The notes beneath the pieces were generated by a model, which had not been told where the DNA came from, searched no databases, and saw only the letters and a list, made by a program, of their open reading frames with translations. Shown piece after piece: positions 9,439 to 18,741 of a stretch of DNA of 34,183 nt. The stretch lies in IMG/VR virus record IMGVR_UViG_3300028588_000808, positions 1-34,183 of that record; one strand, 5' to 3'. Position 1 is the stretch's first letter. Every line of letters starts with the position of its first letter. The position numbers were made by a program, and so were the translations under genes. This DNA comes from a virus (Duplodnaviria > Caudoviricetes).

Positions 9439-9590
9439 GTGTGGCTGGATGGCGTGGCGTACCTGGTGCGCAAGCTCAGCGCGACCGTGCCCCTGAAAAA
9501 GGCGGCGACGGCCGAATTGGTGCGGCTCTAAAAACGGGGCCACGTAGTACGGGAATTGCTCAAAAAAGGCGGTCAATCCGAAAAAAATAA

Positions 9591-9630
9591 ATTTGCCAGT
9601 TTGTCCCCAGGATTTGCCAGTTTGTCCCCA
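9591..9630. repeat. Tandem direct repeat ATTTGCCAGTTTGTCCCCA x2 (19 bp, 21-bp period)
   Basis: Exact copies at 9591-9609 and 9612-9630. Confidence 0.9.
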
Positions 9631-9734
9631 AGCTCGTCACTGCCGGGCTGGGGGCAAGCCTGGCAGTTGCCCGCCCGGCCCCGGTGGCGGGCTGGCAATT
9701 GCCAGGTTTGGGCCGGGGCTGGGCGGGCGGTAAG

Positions 9735-9769
9735 CGGCCTATTAGTCGGTGGGGGAAAAGTGCTTCTTG
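9735..9769 (+). promoter_or_regulatory. Putative late promoter P2 (CGGCCTAT-N19-GCTTCTTG)
   Basis: Variant of the bipartite motif; ATG at 9776. Confidence 0.55.
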
Positions 9770-9775
9770 GCCCCC

Positions 9776-10174
9776 ATGAAAGCACTATTAGAAATAAAGC
9801 GACAGCCATCAGCGAATGGCTGCACCATTGGCCAGCTATTTTATAACGGCAAGTTCTTCTGCTATACCCTCGAAGACGTGGTGCGTCTCGGCGAGCACGT
9901 AGCCAATGAAACGGCCATTCCAGCCGGCAAGTACCCCGTCACGATTGAGCGTAGCCCCAGCCTGCGCATCCTCACGCCCCGCCTGGGGGGAGCCGTGGCC
10001 GGCCGCGGCGTGCTCCTGCACGTGGGCAACTCGGCCAAGGACACGCGGGGCTGCATCCTGGTGGGCTTTAGCAAGCTGCCGAGCGGTATCAGCATCTATA
10101 AGTCGCAGGAGGCCTTCCAGGCCCTGATGGGCAAGCTGCTCGACGCGACCAGCATCGAACTCACCATTCGCTAG
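9776..10174 (+). CDS. DUF5675-family protein (putative peptidoglycan peptidase)
   Basis: TIGQL..CYTLED..ETAIPAGKY..LLHVGNSAKDTRGCILVG signature. Confidence 0.8.
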   Translation: MKALLEIKRQPSANGCTIGQLFYNGKFFCYTLEDVVRLGEHVANETAIPAGKYPVTIERSPSLRILTPRLGGAVAGRGVLLHVGNSAKDTRGCILVGFSKLPSGISIYKSQEAFQALMGKLLDATSIELTIR

Positions 10175-10175
10175 C

Positions 10176-10721
10176 ATGCTGCCGCTGCTGCCCCTACCTC
10201 CCAACGACTGCCCCACCATCGGGGGCGTGCGGCAGCTGCGCGTGTGGCCGGCCAGCAACGTGCGCCTGCCCGCCTATACCGGCGTGCGCCTGACCACGCC
10301 CATCACCCTGCTCGACCCGCAGAATTACGCCGACATCTGGTTTCTGCCCGATTCGGCCGGCTTCGAGGAGCCCGAGAATTTCAGTGAGCAGGGCGACTTC
10401 TACAAGCCCAGCTTGCAACTGGTGGTCAGCAAGGACGACCCCGACCTGATGGAAGCCATCGAGCGCCTGCGGGCCGTGCGCCAGTTCGTGGCCGTGTACC
10501 GCGATGCCAACGGGCAGGTCAAGCTCGTGGGCACCCCGCAGCACCCGCTGCGCTTCGCGGCCGGCCTCGAAACCGGCAAGCGCCCCGGCGACCGCAACGG
10601 CTACCCGCTCAGCTTCACGGGCCTCACGCCCCGGCCCGCCCCCTTTTACTCCATGCTGCTGCCCGGGGCAGCTCCCTTCCGCCGCGCCTTCTCGGCCGGC
10701 TTCAGCTTTGGCTTTAAATAA
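10176..10721 (+). CDS. Tail-tube-like paralog / fibre adaptor
   Basis: Aligns by eye with 18188..18700 (DCPxxGG; RDxNG..LVG; GK..D.NG..F.G..PFY); extra FSAGFSFGF tail. Confidence 0.65.
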   Translation: MLPLLPLPPNDCPTIGGVRQLRVWPASNVRLPAYTGVRLTTPITLLDPQNYADIWFLPDSAGFEEPENFSEQGDFYKPSLQLVVSKDDPDLMEAIERLRAVRQFVAVYRDANGQVKLVGTPQHPLRFAAGLETGKRPGDRNGYPLSFTGLTPRPAPFYSMLLPGAAPFRRAFSAGFSFGFK

Positions 10722-10722
10722 G

Positions 10723-13700
10723 ATGACGCCTCTAGAACGCAATGACTTACACGCGGCCGTTGAGCAGCGGTATCCCGACAACATGACCCAGGACATCACG
10801 CCGGAGCTGCTGCGCGACGGCCTGCATGACCTGGTAGACTCCTTGTTTGTGAAGGCCACGGACGTAACCCCCACGGGCGGGGTGTACCTGCGGCTGCGCA
10901 ACGGCAAGACCCTGTGGCACCTGGGCAAGGGCGTGCGCGATAAAACCAAGCTCTGGCTGCGCAAATTCGGCGCGGGCACGCTGCCGGCGATTCTGCCCGA
11001 GCCGGTGCTCGACCCCAACCGGCCGCGTACCCAGGCGCCGGGCACGCCCTTTTCGTTGCACCCTGCCATCGGCGGCCCGGCCACTGGCCCGGCCGCCATT
11101 GCCGAGTACACGCGCCAGGTTTCGGATGGCGGGCACTTCCTGCTCACCGGAGCCGACCTTGATAAGGCCGCCTACCCGGTGTACCAGGGCGGCAATTTCT
11201 ACGCCACCACCGTTACCAGCCAGCACAGCCAGCGCGCCAGCGTGCGCCTGCCCCGCACCGGGGCGGCCTGGGATGCCACGCTCACCTGGGCCTCGACGGC
11301 GGCGGGCCTCAGCGAGCCGGTGCTGCTCAACACGGCCGTGCTGCTGTGGGGCACCGAGCAAACGGCGGCGGGCCTGACCTTCAGCATCTACGGCCGCAAC
11401 CTGGCCCACGGCAACGTGGACGGCGGCGCGAGCTACGTGGCCCTCCAGCCCGTGGGCGGTGGCCCGGTGCAGGTGCTCACCGGCAAGGCCCTCGACCCCT
11501 ACTGCGCTGATTTCGTCACGCCCGCCAACCTGGCCTTGGGCGACTACTACTACTGGCCCCACAACGGCCACGGGGGCGACTACGGCTGGGGTGAGCGCGG
11601 CGTTATTTCGGTGGTAGCCACGGAGAACCACGTTAAAACGCACAACTTCGGCCCGGCCACTTACGTGAAGCTGTCCAAAACGGACCCGGCGCTCAACGTG
11701 GCCACTATCAACGCGGCGTTTCAGCAGTACCGGCACTTCTGCACCGACGACGACACGTTCCCCATCAACGCGCAGCTCTACCCGCGCGATAAAACCAAGT
11801 GGAGCTGCGTGAGCCCGACCGGGCGCACGGTCATCGAAGCCACCAGCTGGGCGAAGACCTCGCAGTACCTGGGCATGTTCGGCTCGAACTCGTGGTACAT
11901 GGGGATGATGGAGCGCATCAGCTTTATTGACCCGGGCGACATGGTGCCCTACAAAACCACGCCGGGCTTCTACAACCAGTCGCTCATCGACCTGCGCCGG
12001 GGCACCGGCCAGACGGGCAATGCGCACATCTGGCTCCAGGACGTGGAGGCCACCTGGTTGCGGCCCTACTACGAAATCAACCTAGGCTCGTACAACATCC
12101 CCGAGGAGGCCCAGTGCCTGCACGTGGAGGGGGCGCGCCACTTCTTCGTGGATAATTTCCGCAGCACGGGTAGCGGCAACCACTTCGGCAACTGCGGCCA
12201 GGTGTTCATTGAGAACTACACCCATCGCCTGCGCAACGGGGCCGACCACACGCTCTACGGGCTGCACGTCAACGGCTTCAGCGTGCGGGGCTTCGACTTC
12301 CAGGACGACGACCCGACCAGCGGTGACGGCCTGACGCGGGGCGCCGGCCGGGGGCCGAAGTTCGGCGGGCAGGGCGGCAGCAACCAGCACACGTACCTGC
12401 GCGACCTCAACGGCCGCCTGCTCGGGCCGCTCTTCACGGGGATAAATCCCTATTTCGATAGGAACCAGGGCGAAATGTGCCTCTACGAGGGCAACCGGGT
12501 GGTGTGGCAAAATATGGTCGTCTCGGCCACGGCCACGACCATCACGTTCGCTGGCCCGGTGCTCTCCAACCCCGCCGGCGTGGCCAACGGCACGACCAGC
12601 CCCGACCAGCCCGCCGCGGGCGTGCTGCCCGACTACCATCTCTTGTGGATTGGGCGCGGGCGCGGCATCGACCAGGTGCGGGGCATCAAGAGTGTGAATG
12701 GCAACACGATTACGCTCGACAAGCCTCTGCGCGTGATACCCGACGCCACCAGCTTCGTGCAGGTGGGCACCTTCACGCGGGGCAACACCCTGAGCAAGGT
12801 CAAGCTCACGGGTAAGCGCTTCATTGTCGATGATAACCAATTTGGCATCCAGTGCGCCATAAATTTTTATGGCGGCATGTTCGACACCATTGCGGACGAT
12901 TTCGACGTGACTGACACCCGCCACGGCTTCATTTTCACGCCCACGGTGCACGGCGACGGCGAGATTGATACGGTGGCCTTCTGCCAGATGCTCAACAGCC
13001 GCTTCAACGGGCAGCGCTGGGTCGAGCGCTACGAAGCCTACGGCAAGGAGGAGAAGTTGTTCTGGAGCTTCGGCTGCTCGGGCCTGCGCAACATTCTGGT
13101 GGCCAATATTGAGGCCATCAACTGGCTTGAAGCCCGAGTGGTATTCAAGGTGGTACGCGAGACCTCGGAGCTGGCCACGTACTGGCGGCCGGATGCGCCG
13201 CCCATCGACGGGCTGGTGCGCGACGGGATGCCCGTGGTGGCCGGCTACCTCAACGACTACCGCACGCCGGCGGGGCCGACCAAATTTCCGCCCATCCCGC
13301 TCGTGGCCGGCGTGGTCGAGGGCTTCGTGCAGCAGCCGGTGCCGGCGCTGGTAGCCCCCACCGCGCCCGGCGTGCAGCTGGTGAGCAGCGACGAGATTGG
13401 CCCGCTGGAGCCGCTGCCGGCCGGCGCGAACGTTGACCCCCGAAACGGCGTGCTCAGCTACCTGGGCACTGACCCGGCCGTGCTCGTGTACGTTGACGGG
13501 GCCCAGGAAATCCCGCTCGACCGCACGCCGGTGGCCAGTGCCAGTATCCCGGTTGCGCCAGGCGTGACCTACACGGCGGGCGCGGGCATCAACATTACGA
13601 ACGACGTTATTAGCGCCACGCAGCTCACGCCCGCCCAGCAGGCCCAGGTGCAGGCGCTCAACTCGCCGGTTTATCTTATTTCAGCTGCGGGCCTAACGGG

Positions 13701-14442
13701 GTACGCCACCCTGGACGACGCGCTGGCCGTGGCGGCTAAGCTGGTGGATAGCACGCTCTATCTAAACCGGTTGTACCTACGCAACAGCACCAGCGGCGCG
13801 GCAGTAGGCAGTAATACCGTGTTTGGCGGTGGCCTGGCACTTGACCCGTCGCAGCCGCTCGACTTCAGCGGCGCCCGGGTATATCAATATAGCTCGTCGG
13901 GCGAAACGCTGGTGCTGACCGATAACGCGCAGTTCTACCAGTCAAAGCTTACGCTGCTCACCCTCAACGGGCAGGAAGTGGCCTTGCACGATACCGGCGC
14001 TACCGACCTGGCAGGCATGGGCATCGTCTATCTGTACGGCAGCAGCCCTGACCCGGTAAACGTCGCCGCTGGCATTCAGGTAGTAGACCGCCGCAGCGGC
14101 GGTGGCGGCCCGACCTACTCAGCAGGCGTAGGCATCGACATTACGGCCGGCGTGATTAGCACGCAGGAAACCAGGCGCACCGGCACCGTGCTCTCCTTCA
14201 CCCAGGACGCCGACTACGACGAGTTGCTGAGCAGCACCTTCACGGTGGACGTGACCAACCGTAAAGGTGGCGTAATGGTCAAGGCCCTGCTCGGCAGTAA
14301 CTGCGCGCCCATTCAGCTCGACCCCAACGTGTTTGAGCGTCTGGGCCGCAGCAGTTACCAACCGGGCTTCGCGCATTGCTACCTGTTTTCTACCAGCACC
14401 GCCACCGGGAAGATTCAGTACACCGTTTCCCCTCGCTTCTAA
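10723..14442 (+). CDS. Tail fibre/spike, probable polysaccharide-binding or depolymerase domains (1239 aa)
   Basis: ATG at 10723; N-terminal YPDNMTQDITPELLR anchor; beta-helix-like Asn/Gly-rich core; two YxAGxGIxIT..VIS hinge repeats. Confidence 0.75.
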   Translation: MTPLERNDLHAAVEQRYPDNMTQDITPELLRDGLHDLVDSLFVKATDVTPTGGVYLRLRNGKTLWHLGKGVRDKTKLWLRKFGAGTLPAILPEPVLDPNRPRTQAPGTPFSLHPAIGGPATGPAAIAEYTRQVSDGGHFLLTGADLDKAAYPVYQGGNFYATTVTSQHSQRASVRLPRTGAAWDATLTWASTAAGLSEPVLLNTAVLLWGTEQTAAGLTFSIYGRNLAHGNVDGGASYVALQPVGGGPVQVLTGKALDPYCADFVTPANLALGDYYYWPHNGHGGDYGWGERGVISVVATENHVKTHNFGPATYVKLSKTDPALNVATINAAFQQYRHFCTDDDTFPINAQLYPRDKTKWSCVSPTGRTVIEATSWAKTSQYLGMFGSNSWYMGMMERISFIDPGDMVPYKTTPGFYNQSLIDLRRGTGQTGNAHIWLQDVEATWLRPYYEINLGSYNIPEEAQCLHVEGARHFFVDNFRSTGSGNHFGNCGQVFIENYTHRLRNGADHTLYGLHVNGFSVRGFDFQDDDPTSGDGLTRGAGRGPKFGGQGGSNQHTYLRDLNGRLLGPLFTGINPYFDRNQGEMCLYEGNRVVWQNMVVSATATTITFAGPVLSNPAGVANGTTSPDQPAAGVLPDYHLLWIGRGRGIDQVRGIKSVNGNTITLDKPLRVIPDATSFVQVGTFTRGNTLSKVKLTGKRFIVDDNQFGIQCAINFYGGMFDTIADDFDVTDTRHGFIFTPTVHGDGEIDTVAFCQMLNSRFNGQRWVERYEAYGKEEKLFWSFGCSGLRNILVANIEAINWLEARVVFKVVRETSELATYWRPDAPPIDGLVRDGMPVVAGYLNDYRTPAGPTKFPPIPLVAGVVEGFVQQPVPALVAPTAPGVQLVSSDEIGPLEPLPAGANVDPRNGVLSYLGTDPAVLVYVDGAQEIPLDRTPVASASIPVAPGVTYTAGAGINITNDVISATQLTPAQQAQVQALNSPVYLISAAGLTGYATLDDALAVAAKLVDSTLYLNRLYLRNSTSGAAVGSNTVFGGGLALDPSQPLDFSGARVYQYSSSGETLVLTDNAQFYQSKLTLLTLNGQEVALHDTGATDLAGMGIVYLYGSSPDPVNVAAGIQVVDRRSGGGGPTYSAGVGIDITAGVISTQETRRTGTVLSFTQDADYDELLSSTFTVDVTNRKGGVMVKALLGSNCAPIQLDPNVFERLGRSSYQPGFAHCYLFSTSTATGKIQYTVSPRF

Positions 14443-14957
14443 TGTCACGTCGCGCCTTTTTTCTCGCCACCGTGCAGTCCGGCTACTCGTTGGCTTATCC
14501 CACCAGTCCGGCCACAAAACGCGTCGTCAACATGGATTCACCCCGCTGGCGGCAGGCTGGGTATTGGGAACACCTGTCCGCCAGCAGCCGCCCCGATATC
14601 GCCTTCCCGCCCGGCGGCCAGGGCACGGCCCGCTACGCCAATGGCGACCCACCGCAGGGCACCACGTACCAGGAGCTTACGCTGGTGAGCACGGGCCAGC
14701 CGGAAGAAGGCGTGCGCCTCTACGGCTACGCCGGGGCCGGGGCCTACCTGCTCGTGTACCTGGATGGGGAGCTGGTACAGACGCTCAACGACACGGGCTT
14801 TTACGCCAGTATGCACCTGCTACTTATTGACTTATTTGACTTGTCGCCTGGCACCCACACCGTGCGGGTGGAAAAAGGCAGTCTACGCGACCAGTACGAT
14901 AGCTCGGTTGGCGTGGCGGGCGCGGACGTTTACACCTACTCCCTTTCTTATCCTTAA
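14442..14957 (+). CDS. Fibre-associated protein with carbohydrate-binding-like beta sandwich
   Basis: TAATG coupling; VYLDGELVQTL...DLSPGTHTVRVE pattern. Confidence 0.6.
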   Translation: MSRRAFFLATVQSGYSLAYPTSPATKRVVNMDSPRWRQAGYWEHLSASSRPDIAFPPGGQGTARYANGDPPQGTTYQELTLVSTGQPEEGVRLYGYAGAGAYLLVYLDGELVQTLNDTGFYASMHLLLIDLFDLSPGTHTVRVEKGSLRDQYDSSVGVAGADVYTYSLSYP

Positions 14958-14960
14958 ACC

Positions 14961-15467
14961 ATGCTACTCGAACCCGTACTAGCCCCCTTGCACCTGGCAG
15001 TCACCGACCTCGTTTTTGGCGGCAACCGCATGAAGCAGACCGCAAAGGCCAAACGTCTGATTATTGATTTTGAGGAGGATGGCTGCTGCCGCGTCAACCT
15101 CACCATGCTGCCCGGCCGCTACGAAGTAAATAACGATGGCAGCGCCGGGGCACCCGTGCCAGCTGCCTATTCCAAAGCGGAGCCGGTAGTTGTCACCGGC
15201 GACGAAACAACGGCCGTGGACCCTACGGACGGGTTTCCGCGCTACCGGCAGCTAACGGAAAGCTCGGCCACCAACCTGCTCACCGGCCAGGTCGAACAGT
15301 TCGCGGCGGGCCAGGACTGGAAGGCGTTTCTGCACGCCAAGCCCGAGCCCCTCATGCTTCAGCACCGGCACCTGGGCTTCATCTGCGCCCGCCAGGAAAT
15401 CACGCTGGCTGATATGGTATTCGCCTATATGACGCAGGCCGACGCCGCCCCCAGCCGCTTCGCATGA
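14961..15467 (+). CDS. Hypothetical protein (possible fibre assembly factor)
   Basis: 168-aa ORF at the end of the fibre operon. Confidence 0.65.
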   Translation: MLLEPVLAPLHLAVTDLVFGGNRMKQTAKAKRLIIDFEEDGCCRVNLTMLPGRYEVNNDGSAGAPVPAAYSKAEPVVVTGDETTAVDPTDGFPRYRQLTESSATNLLTGQVEQFAAGQDWKAFLHAKPEPLMLQHRHLGFICARQEITLADMVFAYMTQADAAPSRFA

Positions 15468-15559
15468 TACTGCACTTTCCCGGCTGGTACCTGCTGGTGC
15501 TGCCCGTACTGCTACTGCTCGGGGTGGGGTGGAAGGCGTACCGCGTCTGGCGGCGCTAA
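15464..15559 (+). CDS. Small single-TM protein (31 aa, MILHFPGWYLLVLPVLLLLGVGWKAYRVWRR)
   Basis: ATGA coupling; one hydrophobic helix then a basic tail; too short for the ORF track. Confidence 0.55.
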   Translation: MILHFPGWYLLVLPVLLLLGVGWKAYRVWRR

Positions 15560-15562
15560 ATC

Positions 15563-15598
15563 CGTCCTACGCGTGGCTTCCGAAAAAGGCAATCATTG
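15563..15598 (+). promoter_or_regulatory. Putative late promoter P3 (CGTCCTAC-N20-AATCATTG)
   Basis: Bipartite motif upstream of the head operon. Confidence 0.7.
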
Positions 15599-15637
15599 TA
15601 AACCACCCCGCCAGGTGGTTTACAATGATTGCCTTTT
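15584..15637. repeat. Perfect 24-bp inverted repeat ending immediately before the S49 ATG
   Basis: AAAAGGCAATCATTGTAAACCACC / GGTGGTTTACAATGATTGCCTTTT, 6-nt loop. Confidence 0.9.
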
Positions 15638-16663
15638 ATGTTCGACCTACTTGCTAGCTCTTGCTGGGCCCTGGAGTCTAAGTTTTACGGTGTCGCCAAG
15701 GCCGCTATTTATGCTCGCCTCGACCAGGGCCTGCCGGCGCTCGATGCCAGCGAGGCTAAGCCCCGCCAGTATTCGCACATGGCCGACGGCTACCCCACCA
15801 TGTGGGTTACCCAGGCCGGCCAGCTGGCCGGCCTCGACGTGCAGCCCGAGGGCCACGGGCTGAACCTGGCTTCGGGTATTGCCCAGGTGCTGGCCGGCCG
15901 CAGTGGCGGGGCCAGCTCCGCGAACACCAGCGGCTCGAAGGTGGCCGTCATTCCGATTCAGGGCACCGTGCAGAAACGCGGCGGCTACTGCTCATTGGGC
16001 ACCAAAGACTTGGTGGCGCACATTAACGCCGCCAACCGCGACCCCGAAATCTCGGCCATCGTGCTCGACATCGACTCGCCCGGTGGGCAGGTCGATGGCA
16101 CCGAAGAACTGGCCCAGGCCGTGGCCCTGAGCGGCAAGCCCGTCGTGGCCTACATCGATGGGCTGGGCGCCAGCGCCGCCTATTGGATTGCCTCGCAGGC
16201 CAGCCACATCTTCATTAACAGCGCCTCGACTGCTTACGCTGGCTCGCTAGGCGTGCTGTGCATGAACATTTTCCAGGGTGCGTACCTAGAGAAACAGGGC
16301 CTTAAGGTGGAAATTCTGCGCTCGTCGCGGGCCGTGGATAAGGCGCGCCTGAACGGGGTCGAGGAAATCAGCCCTGAGGTGCGCGCCGCCGTGCAGGCCG
16401 ACCTTGACCAGATTGGCGAGACGTTCATCGAAGCCGTCACCAAGGGCCGCGCCGGCAAGCTTAGCACCAAAGAGGACGTGTTCACGGGCAAGGTCTACAA
16501 GGGCTCGGACGCCAAGAAACACGGCCTGGTCGATGCCATCGGCTCGCTGCAAGACGCTGTTAATCAAGCCGCCAAGCTTGCCCAGACGGGCGGCGGTAAA
16601 TCCGCTTCATCTTTTACCCAAAACTTTAATTCCGCATGGCAATCAAGTTCGCCAGTATCCTAG
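15638..16663 (+). CDS. S49-family (SppA/ClpP-like) head maturation protease
   Basis: IVLDIDSPGG, ASAAYWIAS, GSLGV, GLVDAIG motifs; upstream of scaffold and capsid. Confidence 0.92.
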   Translation: MFDLLASSCWALESKFYGVAKAAIYARLDQGLPALDASEAKPRQYSHMADGYPTMWVTQAGQLAGLDVQPEGHGLNLASGIAQVLAGRSGGASSANTSGSKVAVIPIQGTVQKRGGYCSLGTKDLVAHINAANRDPEISAIVLDIDSPGGQVDGTEELAQAVALSGKPVVAYIDGLGASAAYWIASQASHIFINSASTAYAGSLGVLCMNIFQGAYLEKQGLKVEILRSSRAVDKARLNGVEEISPEVRAAVQADLDQIGETFIEAVTKGRAGKLSTKEDVFTGKVYKGSDAKKHGLVDAIGSLQDAVNQAAKLAQTGGGKSASSFTQNFNSAWQSSSPVS

Positions 16664-17022
16664 CCGCTCTCGGCTTGGGCTCCACCTCGGAGGCCGTGAC
16701 TGAGGCCCACCTCGAAGCCGCTGACGCTAAAATCGCGCAGCTGGAGCTAGACAAACAAGCCGCCGACGACAAAGCCACGAAGGCCGCGGCCGACCTCAAA
16801 ACCGCTCAGGATGAGAAAACCAAAGTCGCCGGCGATTTGAAAGCTGCCTCTGACAAGGTGGCCACCCTCGAAGAGTGGAAGAAAAACCAGGCGGCCGTTG
16901 ACGGCCGCGAGGAAGACGACAGCAACGACCTCGACGACGAGCCCAGCGAACCGCTCGCCTCGTGGGAGAAAGCCTCGGCCTCGGCAATTGCCAACACCAA
17001 AAAGCGCCTGGGCGAGAAGTAG
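16636..17022 (+). CDS. Putative capsid scaffolding protein (coiled coil, acidic)
   Basis: A/K/E/D-rich heptads between protease and capsid genes. Confidence 0.65.
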   Translation: MAIKFASILAALGLGSTSEAVTEAHLEAADAKIAQLELDKQAADDKATKAAADLKTAQDEKTKVAGDLKAASDKVATLEEWKKNQAAVDGREEDDSNDLDDEPSEPLASWEKASASAIANTKKRLGEK

Positions 17023-17081
17023 GCCGCCCGGCAAGTAATTCATTTATCACCCTTTAGCTTAAGCTTTCCGGCATAACTAGC

Positions 17082-18086
17082 ATGGCAGCACCAGCAGTAG
17101 ACTTCTCGGGCCTCGGCCCCAAAATCCAGAGCTATACCCTGCGCGAGGCAGAAACGCTCCTGACCACGATGCTCATCACGGACCAGTCGTTTCTGGACTT
17201 CATGGAGCTGTATCCCGACGTGACCGACCAGCTGGCGCTGACCCAGATGTTCGTCTCGTCGGTGCTCCAGCCCGGTGGTAAGGACACCTTCGACCCCAAG
17301 GGCACGGTGCAGTTCAAAAACCGTATCGGCCAGGTGCGCGATTGCAAAATCGACTACACCCTGACCCCCACCATGATTAACGCGATGTGGAAGAGCTACC
17401 TCGGTCGCATCGCCAAGAGCAAGCGCGGTGACGTGTACGACGTGCCCTTCCAGCAGTACATCATGGACAAGCTCGCGGAAAAGGCCAAGGAGGAAATGCA
17501 CCTCGATGCCGTGTTCAAAGGCGTGTACAACGGGGCTAAGAAGCAGGCTAACCGCGTATTCGACGGCTTGTTGCCGTTGATTTATAAGGCGAATCTGGCA
17601 GCCGGCCAGATTTTCGCCGGCGCGCCCGTCACTCAGAGCAACGCCATCGACCAGCTCGAAGGCCTGGCCGATAAGGTGCCCTCGCACCTCATCAACAAGC
17701 CCCTGGTGATGCTGGTGGAGCCCAGTGCGGCCAAGTTCTACAACCGCGACTACCGCGGCACCTTCGGCGGCAACACCAACAACACTGGTCCCTTCGAGCA
17801 CAAAACGCTCGACGGTACCAACATCACGATTGTGCCCGAGCCGGGCCTGGCTGACACGGGCGGCATGATTTGCACCCTGAAGAACAACCTGGTGTGGCTG
17901 ACCGGCCCGCTGGGCGGCGGCCCCAACTCGTTCATCGTGGAGAAGAACCGCCGCAACATCGACATCATGGCCGACTTCCAGGCCGCGCCCGACTTCGCTA
18001 TTGCCGAGTATGTGTGGGTGAACGATGCCGTGCCCACCAAGGGCAAGGCGTACATCGACGCGGAAGCCGCTGAGCCGGTAGTCTAG
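17082..18086 (+). CDS. Major capsid protein
   Basis: 334 aa after protease and scaffold; strongly biased codon usage; FDGLL motif; followed by a strong hairpin. Confidence 0.8.
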   Translation: MAAPAVDFSGLGPKIQSYTLREAETLLTTMLITDQSFLDFMELYPDVTDQLALTQMFVSSVLQPGGKDTFDPKGTVQFKNRIGQVRDCKIDYTLTPTMINAMWKSYLGRIAKSKRGDVYDVPFQQYIMDKLAEKAKEEMHLDAVFKGVYNGAKKQANRVFDGLLPLIYKANLAAGQIFAGAPVTQSNAIDQLEGLADKVPSHLINKPLVMLVEPSAAKFYNRDYRGTFGGNTNNTGPFEHKTLDGTNITIVPEPGLADTGGMICTLKNNLVWLTGPLGGGPNSFIVEKNRRNIDIMADFQAAPDFAIAEYVWVNDAVPTKGKAYIDAEAAEPVV

Positions 18087-18094
18087 CCCGCTCG

Positions 18095-18120
18095 CCCCGG
18101 CCGCCACGTGGCGGCCGGGG
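18095..18120. repeat. Perfect 26-bp palindrome after the capsid gene (stabiliser/processing hairpin)
   Basis: CCCCGGCCGCCACGTGGCGGCCGGGG; no U-tract. Confidence 0.8.
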
Positions 18121-18187
18121 TCTTAGGCGCAAATCACCCGTTGGCATCTCACAATTCCCAGCTGCTTAGTCCTTCACTTTTACTACT

Positions 18188-18700
18188 ATGTGCACAGTAA
18201 TTCCCCTCGTGGCCATTGAGGCCGACGATTGCCCGAACCCGGGCGGCCTGACGGATATCCACGTTATCCGTCGGCGCGACATCGATGTGTTTCCCGCCGT
18301 GGATGCCGATGGTGTGACCATCAGCGCGGCCATCGTGCCCAAAACGGGTAAGAAGTTCGTGCCGTGGGCCTTCGCCCAGGATACGGGCGAAATCAACCAC
18401 GCCAGCTCGGGCGACGCCGGTACCCAGAGCATCAAGCACGAGCTGAACGTGTACGTGCCCCGCGGCGACGCCAAGATTGATGCCGTCATTCAGTCGGCCC
18501 TCAACGGCGACTTCGTGGTAGCCGGCCGCGACAGCAACGGTAACCTGCGCCTGGTGGGCGACGAACGCCGGGGCGTGAAGTTCGAGCACGACTATAAGTC
18601 GGGCAAGAAGGGTACCGATAAAAACGGTACGGACTTCAAATTCAGCGGCGAAGGCTTCACCCACGTGCCCTTCTACTACACGGCGGCCCTGCCGGTATAG
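18188..18700 (+). CDS. Major tail tube protein (putative)
   Basis: 170 aa, beta-rich, Gly-rich, strong codon bias, downstream of capsid. Confidence 0.65.
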   Translation: MCTVIPLVAIEADDCPNPGGLTDIHVIRRRDIDVFPAVDADGVTISAAIVPKTGKKFVPWAFAQDTGEINHASSGDAGTQSIKHELNVYVPRGDAKIDAVIQSALNGDFVVAGRDSNGNLRLVGDERRGVKFEHDYKSGKKGTDKNGTDFKFSGEGFTHVPFYYTAALPV

Positions 18701-18741
18701 TAGCACAAGGTGCCATTTCTCACGTTTTATAAGCCACAGTC

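Noticed and set aside
9591-9630. CRISPR array
   Set aside because: Only two copies with a 2-bp gap; no spacers or cas genes
10504-10722. N-terminal extension of the tail fibre ORF in the ORF track
   Set aside because: Overlaps the 10176..10721 gene; ATG 10723 right after its stop is the better start
10723-15467. Diversity-generating retroelement or invertible fibre cassette
   Set aside because: No reverse transcriptase, template/variable repeat pair or flanking inverted crossover sites seen
16600-16663. Programmed frameshift fusing the S49 protease to the scaffold
   Set aside because: Scaffold frame has TAA at 16627-16629 just before its ATG, and no slippery heptamer follows
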